DNA from: Nitrosopumilaceae archaeon
GTDB lineage: Archaea > Thermoproteota > Nitrososphaeria > Nitrososphaerales > Nitrosopumilaceae
Assembly (NCBI GenBank): GCA_965207375.1
Contig: CBDBMG010000002.1
Location: forward strand, 224,001 to 288,000
Length of the DNA: 64,000 bases
Direction of reading: 5' to 3'
Part shown: positions 21,462-36,290 of the stretch, piece after piece
How positions within the stretch are numbered: position 1 is the first letter of the stretch
Layout: each line of letters opens with the position of its first letter
The notes under the pieces: generated by a model
What the model was told of the DNA's origin: nothing
Databases searched by the model: none
Seen by the model: the letters and a program-made list of their open reading frames with translations, nothing else
Program-made: the position numbers and the translations under genes

Positions 21462-24400
21462 CTAATCTACAGGTGCTTGGACTATTTCATACTCAGCTAC
21501 AGCTGAAGAAGCTTTATTGTCTTGACCAAAGGGAACATAAGCTGGTGAGGACTGCATCTCTACGTTGTCTGCATTAAAATATTGCTTAACTGGAGAAAGA
21601 ACTTCTCCTGTGTAGAGGGTGTAAATATACATTACAGCTAAAACTATATATATCAAGTGTAGCTACACAATTAGTTAATATTAATTTTTCACATCACCTT
21701 TTTTCTTGTGTTGATTGTAGAGTTTCCAAGAAAGTACAACAATTATTGCAGTAGCTATAGTTGTGAATAATCCTGTTAGTCCAATAAATATCTCACAATA
21801 TCTTTCATTCCCATTGGTCAAGGTATCCTCTTTAGTGTTGTCTGTACAATGCAAATATTGTGAATGATGGTTATCATTACACATGTATATGTTAACTAGT
21901 ATACTTAATAATAGAGATTGATAAGAAAAATGGTGAACAAAATTTACAGCCACCTTTTGAAAGATATTCAGAGATGTATGTACCTTAAATGACAAAACTT
22001 TTGAGGGAGAAATTTTTTACCTTACTAATTTCAGTATGTGAAAGCTAATTATTCAGCAAAACCATGAAAGTTTTCCCTACATTATAATTGAATACAATTG
22101 CAATGAATCATGAAAGTTTTCTCCCTCGAAAGTTTTGTCGTTTACAGCATATTGTCACTATACCTGTACATTTACCATAATATACATTTGTCCAACTATT
22201 AGTAAAACTCCACTAATTTTATTTAGTTAAATTTAATTTTTAATTCCGCCATTTCGTTAACCTCCTTATTATTGAACTACATATACGTATGGCTTTTTGC
22301 TACATAACACGAAAAAATGATTCTAAGAAGAAAGCTAAAGAATTACAGTTGAAGCCATGTTACAGTGGACGAATTTTTCCATCTGCATAAGAAAGGTGGT
22401 AATAATCTAGAAGCGATTGATATTGCAAGCAAAATGTTGAGCTGCAGTTATTATTATGTAGGCTCAATTAACGCCTTGTGAGTTCTCATCTTTCTATGAG
22501 TAACTCCAAGAAGAAAGCCATGCAAGGAATAACAATACATGCCACGACATAATGGATAAAAGAGATTTGTGAACCTTGTTTTCTCAGTATTTCAAGTAGC
22601 TACATATGTAATTTATGTAATTTCTCAGTGTTTATGCTTTACAAGTATATAATTTATGTACAGTATAAAAGTAAACAATCTAGAATGGGATAAAAATGTA
22701 TACTTGAAAATGTGACTGGATTTGCGAAAATGTGCATAGTTCACACAAAAAATTAAATTCCTTTTTTTGATCCAGCTTATAGCTACACTCAATAGCTATA
22801 CACACACCATGTCTCCTATGGCCAGACTCAAGTGGTCTGCTTTTCTGAGGGGAGTATTTGGGGCCTTGTAAAACCATGACAGACACATTGGCACCTGTGG
22901 AGCGCACCAATTGGGCGTTATCGGCCTGGAATTCTACCCTTGACCGGAATGATGTCCCATCGGCCTAGTTGTATGGTCAGGACCATCTGTGGGCAACTAG
23001 TCACCTCGTGTCTTCACTTGGGGAGGTTTTTCCTCCTCCCTCCCCACCCTCCCCTCCCCTCCTCCCACCCGCCCACCCCCTCGTAACACTGGGCTAAAAT
23101 TGATGCACACCTTCGAAAAAATCGTCTGAAAAGGCCTGAAATCAAGCAAGGAACAACTTCAAAGGTAAACTGTATTTTATTTAATAGATTACTAAATCCA
23201 GTTCTGCTAAAAACAAAAGCGGTCTAGTACGTACGAGCAAAAGTTAGTAATTTCAATTTAAAATCTTTAAACAGGTGTTTCTCTAATTACTACCAGGTGC
23301 GAACTATGCACATTTTCGTAGAGCCGGTCACAAATAAGGAATAAGTATCCTTCTGGTAGCTAGAGGTTAGAGGTTAGTGCCAGTATATAAAATTTAATCT
23401 GTTTAATGTGAATGTATGGTATATACAATTTTATACCTAACAACTGTGCCAGGAAAAGGATTCTTGTTCCTTTAGTTAGCTAGCATGTCAATGTCTTGCT
23501 TTAGAGAACCTTAGCTATGTGCATTTTTAAAAATTTTGAGTTTAAAATGGGAATTAGCTATGTATGTTGCAGTTTAAATTTCCTATACGTAGCTACTACA
23601 GTAGCTAGCCTCAGATATTGAATAGCTACATGAATATGATCGGCTGTGTATATGCAATCATAATGAAAATATGGCCATGGTTATACATACCTGTGTGAGC
23701 ATATACTTAGCCATATTATAATTATGCTGTAGCAAGTTCTTTGAAAATGGCTAGCTACATGTACACATGGCTGAGCTCACTTTCGTTCTGTTCAATGTCA
23801 CTGGTTTTCATAGTCGGATGGCAGTGTAATCCTCCCTTATCAACAACTGCAATATTGATTGCATTGTGGTGAGTTAAATAAATTCTTTAAACCTAGTGTG
23901 TTATACTAAATGGGTAGCTGCTTGACATCGTAAAACATGAAAATCTAAATAAATAAATTCTTGTGTAATCAAGTTTTACTTTTGTTATTTCCATTAGCCA
24001 TTGGAATTAATTACGTATATCACCTAATGTTCAATGGATAATGTAAATCTTCATCATTTGCTGAAGGCTGTAAAATTATTTAAGTACACTCTTACTTATC
24101 TTAATAATAACTATAAGTTAATTGCTTACCTAAGTTTTTTGTAGTTGGCTGACTACTCATTTCTTCACTATTATACACCACAATAGTTAGTATGTAAGAA
24201 ACGTTGGACTTGTTGTTTAATTCAGATGGCAAAAAGCTAATGACAGTGCTGTTAGTTTCCATGGATACTGATTTACCATTATCAGAGCTGATATTCACAT
24301 TATAACATTTAATTTTTGACATCAAACATGCATCAATGTTTGGTTCCTGTGAAAAATGCGTATCACTATATTAACTATAATATATTCTGCATTGCATAGT

Positions 24401-24495
24401 AAATGACACATGTGTACATACCTTCCAAGTAATTTCTATGTAACTAGTATTTGTTGTCAAAACTTCAATAGTGTCAAAATCAACAGGATTTGGAG
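21462..24495 (-). CDS. 3' part of host single-pass membrane receptor: FN3 domain, TM helix, short Tyr-containing tail
   Basis: Exons 24495-24422 (PNPVDFDTIEVLTTNTSYIEITWK) and 24346-24130 (EPN..IKCYNVNI..YILTIVVYNSEEMS) form an FN3 domain with 1-0-1 intron phases. TM exon 21841-21698; tail exon 21607-21462 (..NVEMQSSPAYVP..AEYEIVQAPVD*). A possible further upstream exon lies near 29056-29147. Confidence 0.7.
22712..23331. mobile_element. GTGAC-terminated MITE family A, copy 1 (AWWT target duplication, Sola1-like)
   Basis: TIRs GTGACTGGATTTGCGAAAATGTGCATAGTTC / GAACTATGCACATTTTCGTAGAGCCGGTCAC; TSD AAAT on both sides. Reverse-orientation homolog of 28291-28914 and 35761-36290. Confidence 0.8.
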
Positions 24496-26344
24496 CTACA
24501 ATATAACATCATTATTACAATAATTATGTACATAGCTACGTACTAAGCTAATACAATGTATGTAGTACTAGCTAGCTACATAATAATAATATTATAGCTA
24601 TAGCTATAGCTACATACATAGCTACGTAACTACTCTGGTTAAAAATCTTATGGTAACTTCGATATTTTCCTTTAATTTACCATTGGATTATGCTTTAGTG
24701 ATAATGTGAGGTTTAAGCTATGTATGGAGTCTTGTATATTTTTTGTTCATTATCAGATACAATTGCATTAATTATGACTCCTATTTATCAAACTCATCAT
24801 TGCATTCATTCATTAATTGATCACTGTAGGTTCACTCAAAATTTCACAAGCTCTTCCAAAATGTCAATGCCTGTGGGCAAAGTGTGCTTTGCACAAAAAC
24901 TTGCCTATTTTGCTGTCATTATGTGCTTGATGCTTTTGCTATCCTATTATGCTCAAAATTATGAGTGATACAAGTTAGCTAGTTAGTTAATCTCTTGTAT
25001 AGGATTTATAATAAATAGTTGTGTTGTTTCAAGAGTCACACAGTCCAGGCTCGCATCCAGGTTATCCGAGTCGATGCCTTTGAGAGGTTTTACCCTCAGT
25101 TCTCCCCCTGTTCAAGCTTGTTGTACAAACTCAAGCTGGAATAAACTGGCATCAATTAGCTAAGTGGTTCACTACCATTATGATAAGTGCCAATAACTAC
25201 ACTATTAGCTATAAACATGGGTGTATGTATACATTTTCCTGTGTTTTCAATGTTGTAAAGCCATAATTAAAAATTAACTATCTAGATCTAGATATTCCAA
25301 ATCATGTTGATGGCTCTAGGAATTACTGTTGGAATTAACGAATCAATTCTTGATTCAAGAAACAAAAATTTAGCAATTTTCCGCATATTATGACTACGTT
25401 TATATGCATATGCCCTTATTTGGTAAACGGAACCACAAGAATCGATCTTGTAGTCGAGCCAAGGATCGCTCATTCCGAATCACGTGGACAAAAATTCCCC
25501 TGAATTATAATTGTCAAAAAATTCGTGGCCGGATTGCCGGCTCAGAATTGCTTTAGTAACTTTCGGAGTTAAAAGAGCCAGCGAATCCTTACCGAAAATT
25601 CACGGTTTGCCGTAGCTATATCGCGGGATATCGTAAACAACATGTAGCTAACGAAAATCAAAACCATTTATGGTTATACCTTTTCACTTTATCTGAACTC
25701 TGATGTATTATATCGTCTGTCCCGAGATCTCATACCACTTGTCTCATACAGATAGTCGGTGATTCCAATTTTTAATTTCAGATTTCGAAATTTTAATAAT
25801 TTCAAATAAGATTTCAGAAAGAGTTCCAGTGGCGCCGGGTAGAACATGAACGAGAGTAATAGAGTGTGTGGCTTGGCGAGTCTTTAATGGACCGGACTGA
25901 CCGGGTTTGACTGCGTTCCGGCATCGCCGGGACAGCCTGTTCCAGTCGTCGGTCTCACCCGGTCTCACCGCCGGACAGAAAATTACCCAGTAAGTAGCTA
26001 GCTATATCTACAAATTGTTGAACACAACTATAATATAAAGTGACAACGTGATAACTTAATTTTACTTAGTGCATGAAATTATTTTCATGTGCGTTATATA
26101 ATAATTATATTATGTGAGTTAGAGTAGTATTCCCACAGTGAGGCCCAGGGGATCTGTGCTGACACTATTTCACAGATGTACGTACTATTACTCTGTTCTC
26201 TATATATGTTTATGAGATTCTGCTATAATATCATCACTATAACTGAATGATAACTCATAGCTAGCTAGCTATGTCAGATAAGATTTTTGTATTTGTTTTT
26301 GTGGTTGAAAACGACTATGATCTTTTTCGAGGACATAAATAGCG

Positions 26345-26950
26345 GACTGGACTGGACCTTGGACTGGACCCTGGACTCACAGCTTTTTATCTGTGAACTG
26401 AAAGTTAGTCTTTCTTACTGGTCTGACTCCACTTAGATATAGAAACGTGAACCAGATTCTTCTTTCTGTGATGCAGAGTATTATTCTCTTTTACATACAA
26501 AAGACCCTTAGGAATTGCCTTAGCAGCCTATACACAGTTTTATTCTAAGATTTATCGATTGTTGATTGCCAATGATGTTGTAAATCTAGTCTGGCATGAC
26601 CAAATCCTTTTGTCGCAGCATGCTTTGATTAGAGATGATAAGCACCCATTTATCATCGATATAGGCACCCTTGGACAAAAGGATATGGCTACGCCAGACT
26701 AGATTGACACCATCATTGACAATCAACAATCGAGTAAAACTGTGTAGACAGTTCCTAGGGGTCTTTTCTATGTGGGCACTTATTAAGAGAATAACACTCT
26801 GCCTGGAAAGAAGAATCTGGTTCAATGTAAGTGGAGGCTAGGTCAAGGACTAGTGAGTAGACTATAAATTATAATACAATTAACTCATTTTCTTCCAGTT
26901 CGCAGATAGAAAAGCTGAGTACAGAGTCCAGCCCACCAGTCCAGAATCCA
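26345..26950. mobile_element. Degenerate foldback element with a TAG-terminated MITE (26586-26702) at its centre
   Basis: Arms ~26345-26578 and ~26711-26950 are imperfect reverse complements; centre is CTAGTCTGGC...GCCAGACTAG. Confidence 0.6.
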
Positions 26951-27631
26951 GGTTTTGTGAAGATGCAAAGGGTAAAGAAGCAGCTTTAACTATAAGAAAA
27001 AAAGTTTAGCACATAATAGAGGGACCATAATGACCCTATTGATCTATTGTTTATTATGAAGCTATTATATATTATACCTACGTACCTATAGCTATAGGCA
27101 AGCGTTAAATATTTTATCACTGCATGTAATGAAACCTGATCTCTTATGACTTACTATCAATATATTTTGAAACAAACTACCATTCATGGCATGGGCTGTT
27201 GCTCAATTATGCCTAAATATTGACACTATTGTAGAAATATAATGGCTGATCAGGCAATGTAAGGTCTAAACATGAAACTACATAGCTGTGTGGTAAGGTG
27301 TTCCAAGAAATATGATATTATATATATTCCGCATCATCCGGCTCCACCACAACTAGCTAGCTTACCTCACTAGTTGCTGAAAACACCGGCCGGCCCACCT
27401 TAAGCTACGTAAGTATGTAAAATTTAATCTGTAGCAAATTATAATTTCGTGGTTTAAATTTCGAGGATAGAGCAAAATCCGCGAATACCTCAAAAATTTC
27501 TCACCTCAAAATTAACCCACTATACGGTAGTACGTTGTTACTGTATTTCAATTGTATAATTGCAAATGCTGACATGTAACAATGAGAGTACCTACTGATA
27601 AGTATGTATGTATATGGCATGTTTATTTATA

Positions 27632-28286
27632 ATGTGGCCCGGCATGTGAAATGTGCACATAAAATTTGACCACATTTTTGGATTTTAAACTCTTCATAAG
27701 TAATCATAGGAGTGTAATAAAATTTGCACCATTTATGCAGCTGTTCATAGGGAATCTCATACAGCTTGTAGATTTCTAAAATCTTAAACAGTAAAGGAGA
27801 TACATACTGTAACATGAATAGGTGTATTTTGTGTACATAAGCCTGTTTCCACTTATATGTATGTCCAGTTTATGAGATCATTTGGGATTATTTACATAAG
27901 CTACATATTTGTGGTTTACTTGTATATGAGTAGCCCAACATGATAACAGTTGTCTATATAGTCACACGGGAACAAAATGTAATTTTAGAAAGAAATAAAA
28001 GACATTATCACTCACATGGTAGTAACTAACAACATATGTGACCCGGCATGAGAAAACCGGGCTTATGTACACAAAATACACCTATTAACATTATAGTAAG
28101 TATCTCCCTTATTATATAAGACTTTCAAAATCTGTAAGCTGCATAAGATGCCTTATTAACAGCTGCATAAATGGTGAAAATTGTGTTGGACTCCCATGTT
28201 TACACATAAAATTATTTAATTTTAAAATCCAAAAATGTGGTCAAATTTTATGTGCACATAAGACCCATTTTCTCATTCCAGTTCAC
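27632..28286. mobile_element. Two inverted copies of GTGAC-type MITE family B (~27633-27850 and 28038-28286)
   Basis: Shared gtgcacataaaatttgaccacatttttggattttaaa and ggtgtattttgtgtacataagcc segments in opposite orientation; copy 2 has GTGACCCGG../..GTTCAC ends. Confidence 0.65.
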
Positions 28287-28290
28287 AAAT

Positions 28291-28914
28291 GTGACCGTCT
28301 CTGCGAAAACCGGCCTAGTTCGCACCTGGTAGTAATTAGAGAAACACTTGTTTAAAGATTTTAATTAAAAATTACCAGCTTTTGCTCGTACTAGGCCGCT
28401 TTTGTTTAACAGAACTGGACTTAGTAATCTATTGAATAAAATACAGTTTACCTTTGAAGTTGTTCCTTGCTTGATTTTAGGCCTTTTCAGACGATTTTTT
28501 CGAAGGTGTGCATCAATTTTAGCCCTGTGTTACAAGGGGGTGGGCGGGTGGGAGGAGAGGGAGGGGCGGTGGGGAGGGGAGGTGGGGAGGGAGGTGGCAA
28601 AAACTCCCAGGTGAAGACACGAGTTGACCAGTTGCCCCAGATGGTCCTGACCATACAACCAGGCCGAAGGGACATCATTCCGGTCAAGGGTAGAATTCCA
28701 GGCCGATAACGCCCAATTGGTGTGCTCCACAGGTGCCAATGTGTCGGTCATGGCTTTACAAGGCTGCAAAACCTTCCCTCAGAAAAGCAGACCACTTGAG
28801 TCTGGCCATAGGAGACATGGTGTTTGGGTAGCTATTGAGTATAGCTATGTGCTGGGCCAAAAAATGAATTTAAATTTTAGTGCGAACTAGGCTGGTTTTC
28901 GCAGAGACAGTCAC
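28291..28914. mobile_element. GTGAC-terminated MITE family A, copy 2
   Basis: GTGACCGTCTCTGCGAAAAC...GTTTTCGCAGAGACAGTCAC; flanks AAAT/ATAT; high similarity to the other copies. Confidence 0.8.
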
Positions 28915-29201
28915 ATATGTAGATTACCTTTTGTACACATACCAGATTAAAAGCAGTAGTTTTTAACAATTTTATCAAGTAAAGCATTTAAAATAGTTAT
29001 AATACTGAAGCACTAAAATGAAAACTAAACCCACAATCATATTGTTTATGTTACCATATAAAAGAGATGGTAAATCTTGAGGAATTGTGCACCGTTGTAC
29101 TTCAGAATTGTTCAGTTCACATAATTTTTTGGAAGGCCCCAAAGGCCTATGATACATCATACATAATGACAGTTATTTTATTGTGGTATGTACGTATGTA
29201 T

Positions 29202-29503
29202 TAGGCTTAAATGAATACTTAAATATTTGGAGAGTTCGAATATTCAGATATTTGAATACAAAATTTCATATTCGAATATTCATTTCAAAGGAAATATATA
29301 ACACCAATATGTAGAGTATGCATAAAATCACTTTAAATGATTGACTCTACACCAGTGATCAAGTCATTTAATTCTGTTGTATTAATGTAGCATATTATAT
29401 ACATCACAGGGACTTGACAATGCCTTGTATGTACTAAAGAATATTCGAATATTCGGTAGTGGTCACTAAAGAATATTTGAATACTAAAACAGTTTGAGCC
29501 ATA
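29202..29503. mobile_element. hAT-type MITE
   Basis: TAGGCTTAAA...TTTGAGCCATA ends; flanks GTATGTAT/GTATGTAC; repeated gaatattcg subterminal motifs. Confidence 0.55.
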
Positions 29504-30384
29504 GTATGTACGTATGTACATACATATATGCACAATCTTTCTTTGTCTTAACAATAATATTTATTATAATGTATGCATGTGGTAATGTACAATTTTACAT
29601 TAATTGGATTGTTACTCCTATAGGAGAAATAATAATGCACTTCACTATATTTGTGAAGATATGGGAGAGATTTTGCATTCCTTATGCAAAATGCCTCCTA
29701 TAGGATATAGGAAAATTTTTACGTACCCCACACAAGATGCCTCCTAGGAAAGATTTATTAACAGGAGCTTATAAGTGGCACAAACCAGTCCAAAGGAGCG
29801 TGAATCTACATGGCACATGCTCTAACCATTGTTGAATTCAAAATTTCCTATTAAGGATGTGTTGCTAACGTGACAAAATGTCATGATATAGCATTGTGGG
29901 TGTAGAAATATTGTAATCATGCCGGGGTAGCGTCTGAGAAAGAAAGAACTGCTGTCCATTGGCAACAGACTGTTGCAAGTTGATTTAACTATAATGGAAG
30001 TGTTCATTATGAAAAGAATTGGATACCACTGAGTCATGGGTTGTTATCCTATGCAGGCTCCCGACAAGTTTAAATCAGCTCATTTGACATTTCATTTGTT
30101 GATCTACTGTTTTCATTCCTTTCGTAGAAAGTTTACCAGCATCATTTATACAAGACTTCTTTATACCTCTACCTTCCATAATGATCGATTATAGCACAGT
30201 TGTGCTTCTCACTTAGTTGACTACATTACAAAACAAATGGCAGCTGTGTGTTAATTATATCAATCCATATTAGGAAATATGAGCATGTAGGAATTCAATA
30301 AATAAATGGTTATAGCCAATAGATTCATGGTGCTTATAAGCTCCTGGTATTAATTTTGAGATATTATTTTTTGGCCAGCGTGCC

Positions 30385-30545
<161 letters not shown>

Positions 30546-33500
30546 ATGTGCGTAATAACTGCAACAATGTTCTGTTGAATCTTTCAACCATACCATCCCC
30601 TAGGGGATGATATGGGGTGGTGCATGATTTATGAACACCAAGTGCATCTAAAACTTGAGTAAATATGGCATTTTCAAAATTATGGCCTTGGTCAGAATGT
30701 AATACTTGTGGTGGTCCGTATGTACAGAAAAATTTGACTCTACTGTAATACGAGATGCAGTCTGGTCTGGGAGGGGAATGGCATCAGCCCATTTAGTGAA
30801 ATAATCTTGTATCACAAGTAAGTAACGATTATTGTTTGTTGATAATGGCACTTGCAGGATGTCCACACTCCACAGCTATCATTTGTCATGGCTGTCCAAT
30901 GGGAATGTTTTGCAGTGGTGCACGTTGTGGCATGTTGAGCTTTGACTGTTGGCAGGTGGAACAATGTCTGCAGTACTCCTCAACATCTTTGGCCATGTTA
31001 ATCTAAAATGCATCATGACGTAGACGTTCAAGGGTCTTCTCTGCACCTAAGTGACCTGCAGTTGGGGCATCATGACTCTGAATGAGAGCATCTTTCTGGA
31101 GATCTGGTGTTAGTATAGGGACCATGACTGCTTGGTGCATAGGACTGGGTGTGTACTGACGACAAAGTACACCATCAACTACTTTAAGCTGGTGCCAAAG
31201 TTGTTTGTATCGGTGAAATGGGTGTTTATTCCATCTTGTGGTCTGTGAAGTATCTGGTGAACTTAAACGAGCTTGGCGAACAGCAGATAAGATATCATCA
31301 TTGGATTGACTTGCATGGAGTTCTGTAGGAGAGTAATGGGGTAACCCTATTGTGACAGCACATGATTCAGTGCAAGAGAGAGCATCAGCATTACTGTTTG
31401 AGGAACCCTTACGGTACATAATCTTGAAATCATATTCTTGGCTGGCCAAGGACCATCGGCACAACATACCTTCCATTTTTTGTGCCGATAGCCATTGCAA
31501 TGGAGCATGATCTGTATATAAATGAAATGGTCTGCCAAGTAAGTAGTGGTGGAATTGCTTCAAGGCAAAGACAACAGCCAAGCATTCATGTTGTATAACA
31601 CTGTAATTACGCTCTGAGCTGGTAAGAGATCGACTGGCATAGACAATAGGATGTCCATCTTGTTTTAAAACTGCTCCCAATCCAAGTGCACTATCATCTG
31701 TTTGGAGCACAAACTCTGAGGCATTAGAACTAAAACAAGGATAACCAAGTACTGGTGCTTCAGTTAAGCATTGTTTAAGAGTTTCAAATGCATTAGTGCA
31801 GTCTTCATTCCATAAAAATACTACACCAGCTTGTGTAAGAGAATACAGTGGAGCAGCAACATTGGAAAAGTGCTGAATGTACATATCGCCTATAATAAGA
31901 TGCCAATCCCAGGAACTGACGCACTTCTGTGACATTAGTAGGAGTTGGCCAGTCTACTACCACCTGCACCTTCCTGGGATCGGGTGACATTCCAGTGGCC
32001 CAAAAACATGCCCTAAATACTGCACAGTTGACATTCCAATGTGACATTTCTCACCCCTCAAGGTTAGCCCAGCATCCAACAAACGTTTAAACACTATATC
32101 AAGGTGTTCCCTATGAGTGTCTATATTCTTAGAATGGACTAAGATATCATCTAAGTAAATTGTCACAAATGAGAGACCCTGAAGAGTTTTATCCATCAGG
32201 CGTTGGAATGAACTGGGGGCACCTGCCAATCCAAATGGCATTCTGTAAAACTCATAAAGCCCCATGCCAGGCCCTGGACAGAAAGCAGTCTTTTCCCTGT
32301 CTGTAGGATTGACAGGTAGCTGCCAGTACCCACTATGAAGATCAAGTGTTGAGAAAACTGTTGATCCCGCAAGCTGGCCCTGCACTTCATCAGGGGGAGG
32401 TAAGGGGTATGAGTCTTTGGTCGAACGTTTATTTAGCTCCCTGTAGTCTATACATATTCGTAACTGCCCTGACTTTTTGGGTACGAACACTGCCGGTGCC
32501 ATCCATGGACTTTTACTGTGTCTAATAATGCCTTCATCTAACATTGTTTGAACTTGTTGACATACTTCAGCACGGTAATGAGCTGGGATGCGTCTAGGTG
32601 GCACCTTCACTGGGTTACCTACTGTGGGAATGTAATGCAATGCATCCTCTGTATATCCAGGCTTGGTACAGAATAACCCATGATACTTCTCCATGACACA
32701 GTAAAGGCCGGGATTAGTGCACGCAGGTAGCTCTGACTTCAGTGGGGCCTTGTAATTTGGGACAGCGCAATCATCAACAATGTCAACCTCAGGTTCTTGA
32801 TTAACAGAAATGTTGCATGCTTGGAAAAACTTTTTCTGTGTTGCTTCATATATTGGGACAACTTGAGCTATGGCCATACTATTCTCTGTCAAAGAAGTTA
32901 CCTTAGGGTGTCTTTTACTCACTGCCACTGGATTTTGTGTAAAGTCTAACATGAGCCCATTTCCTTGCAAAAAGTCAATTCCCAAAATCACAGGGGCCAC
33001 AAGGGTCTTAACTACAACAAATTCATGTAAAACATGTAACTCACCCAACTGTACTGAAGCCTTTACATGTTGTAGAATAGGTAGCTGATCTCCAGAAGCT
33101 GTCACCGATTGAATTGGTCTCCCTGCTGTCACTTGAACTATATTTTGAGCACCTCTCAGCACATCACACTGTACCAACGAGACTGACGACCCAGAATCCA
33201 GCATTAATTCTACTCCCACTCCTCCCAATGATCCTTTGATGATTGTTGCTGTGGATTTAACAACTGCTACTGTTATAATTGCATTGTCATTTTGCAGGTT
33301 CAGGTTCCTTGCAGGGCTTACTGGTAGGGACACCTGTTGCCCTGTACAGGTGCCCCGTTGTCATTTCCCTGATGCCAACAGTCTTTTGAAAGATGTTCTA
33401 GTCTGCCACAATTGAAACATTTACGATTACGGCAGTCACGTTGCAGATGTCCCACTTGATTACAATGAAAACAACGTGGACGACCCCTGGATAGTCGCAC

Positions 33501-34224
33501 ACCTCTGGACTGGTTTGTTGACAAGACAGCTACTTGTTCGGAAAGTACAGCTACTTGTTCTCTCAAAAGTTTTACTTCATCTGACTTCTGTGTTAAGGCA
33601 TCTGGTTTCGTAAGAGCACCTACCGAGTCCGAGTCAATGGTCATTAACAATCTCGCGCGTGTTATCGCCGCATCCAACGTAGTTACTTCTCCTGATGCTC
33701 GTAACTGCTTTGCGATCAACTCGGGAATTCCCGCCAAAAACTGGTGGTACAAAAGTGGTTCCTTCGCTGCCTGCTCCAAATCCGGTAGCAAATGATTAAG
33801 CGAGGTCGTGTACGTACAACGATATAGCCTCGCCTGGTCGAAGCTTCCTGCAGTGAAAATCATCCAACGAAACAAAGTTCATAGGCATTATGGCTTTTTC
33901 CATCGCTTTCTTAGCTTCGACATAGTCTTCTTGCTGTGCATTTGTAAGTTCTAACCAAACCGCAAGGGCTTCTCCTTCAAGTAGCGTGGGTAGCTTCTTT
34001 GCTTTCGTTCCCGCCTCCCATCCATTAGCTTGCATGCAAATTTCAAACTGCTGGAACCATTCTTTCACATCTCCACTTGAAAACAGCTTGGGTAGACTAA
34101 TATGACGCTCAACCATCCTCTGCTACCAGTGTAGTCGCTGTTCAACTGAACAGGTGTTCACACAATATTATCTTTCAATTACAATGCACCAATCTAATTA
34201 GGATGCACTATATCAATTATTACA
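30546..34224 (-). mobile_element. Ty3/Gypsy LTR retrotransposon, decayed and 3'-truncated in the integrase
   Basis: gag 34116-33318 (two CCHC-type knuckles), protease LDSGS, RT (LRICIDYRELN, MPFGLAGAPSSFQ, YLDD), RNase H (QTDDS..LGAVL..YASR..TDHAPL), integrase ([21 protein letters not shown]). Short putative LTR 34130-34224 (TG..CA). Confidence 0.92.
34111..34128 (-). promoter_or_regulatory. Primer-binding site complementary to initiator tRNA-Met
   Basis: Minus strand TGGTAGCAGAGGATGGTT, 1 nt after the LTR end; complement of the animal tRNAiMet 3' end AACCAUCCUCUGCUACCA. Confidence 0.88.
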
Positions 34225-34729
34225 AAAACTACACAATGATCGTAATAATTATTGTTAGTTAGCACTACATACTGACAATACCTTATAGCATAAAATTTTG
34301 ACAAGCTAAAAATTTGACGAATTGTCTGAAATTTGCTTTTGGCAAAAAATATTGACGAAAATGTTATTTCAAGTCCCAATTTGTTATTGTTGGTGAACAA
34401 TTGGCAAAATAATGACGAATGGATAAACAATCGCCAAATTCATCAATATTTTTTGCTGTCAAAATTTTATGCTAGATGGTAGTACTACAATACTGAGTAA
34501 TTACATTACATGTAAACTTTATTTTATACTCTACCTCTACCATACATAGGGAATCTGAGCAATTTTGGTTTTGGTAAATGCCAGAATAAACTTGATCTTG
34601 TACTGACATGCATCCAAATGATTTTCAGTCCTGTGTCTGTGTATCTCTCTCTCTCTGTGTGTGTGTGTGCGTGCATGCGTGCGTGCGTGCGTGCGTGGGT
34701 GTGTGTGTATGTGTCAGAACCGTAGCTGT

Positions 34730-35620
<891 letters not shown>

Positions 35621-35760
35621 ATCCCTCACATCCGATTTTATGAATTTACTGGACCGTAACTAAATTTCAAGGGCTGAATTGGAGAAGTTTGCAGGTTAAC
35701 ACGTGTAAGTTGAAATTGGATGTGTACAAGTGGACGGTTTTTGCAAAGCTGGTCACATAT

Positions 35761-36290
35761 GTGACCGTCTCTGCGAAAACCAGCCATGTTCGCACCTGGT
35801 AGTAATTAGAGAAACACTTGTTTAAAGATTTTAAGTTGAAATTACCAGCTTTTGCTAACAGAACTGGACTCAGTAATCTATTGAATAAAATATATTGTAC
35901 CTTTGAAGTTATTCCTTGCTTGATTTCAGGCCTTTTCAGACGATTTTTTCGAAGGTGTGCGTCAATTTTAGCCCAGTGTTACGAGGAGGTGGGCGGGTAG
36001 GAGGAAGGGTGGGTGGGGTGGGGAGGGAGGAGGAAAAACCTCCCCAGGTGAAGACACAAGGTGACTAGTTGCCCACAGATGGTCCTGACCATACATCCAG
36101 GCCGAAGGGACCTCATTCTGGTCAAGGGTAGAATTCCAGGCTGATAATGCCCAATTGGTGTGCTCCACAGATGCCAATGTGTCGGTCATGGTTTTACAAG
36201 GCCTCAAATCCTCCCCTCAGAAAAGCAGACCACTTGAGTCTGGCCATAGGTGACATGGTGTTTGGCTAGCTGTTGAGTAGAGACAGTCAC
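35761..36290. mobile_element. GTGAC-terminated MITE family A, copy 3 (internally deleted)
   Basis: Same TIR and body; TSD ATAT/ATAT; directly follows another ..GGTCAC end. Confidence 0.8.
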
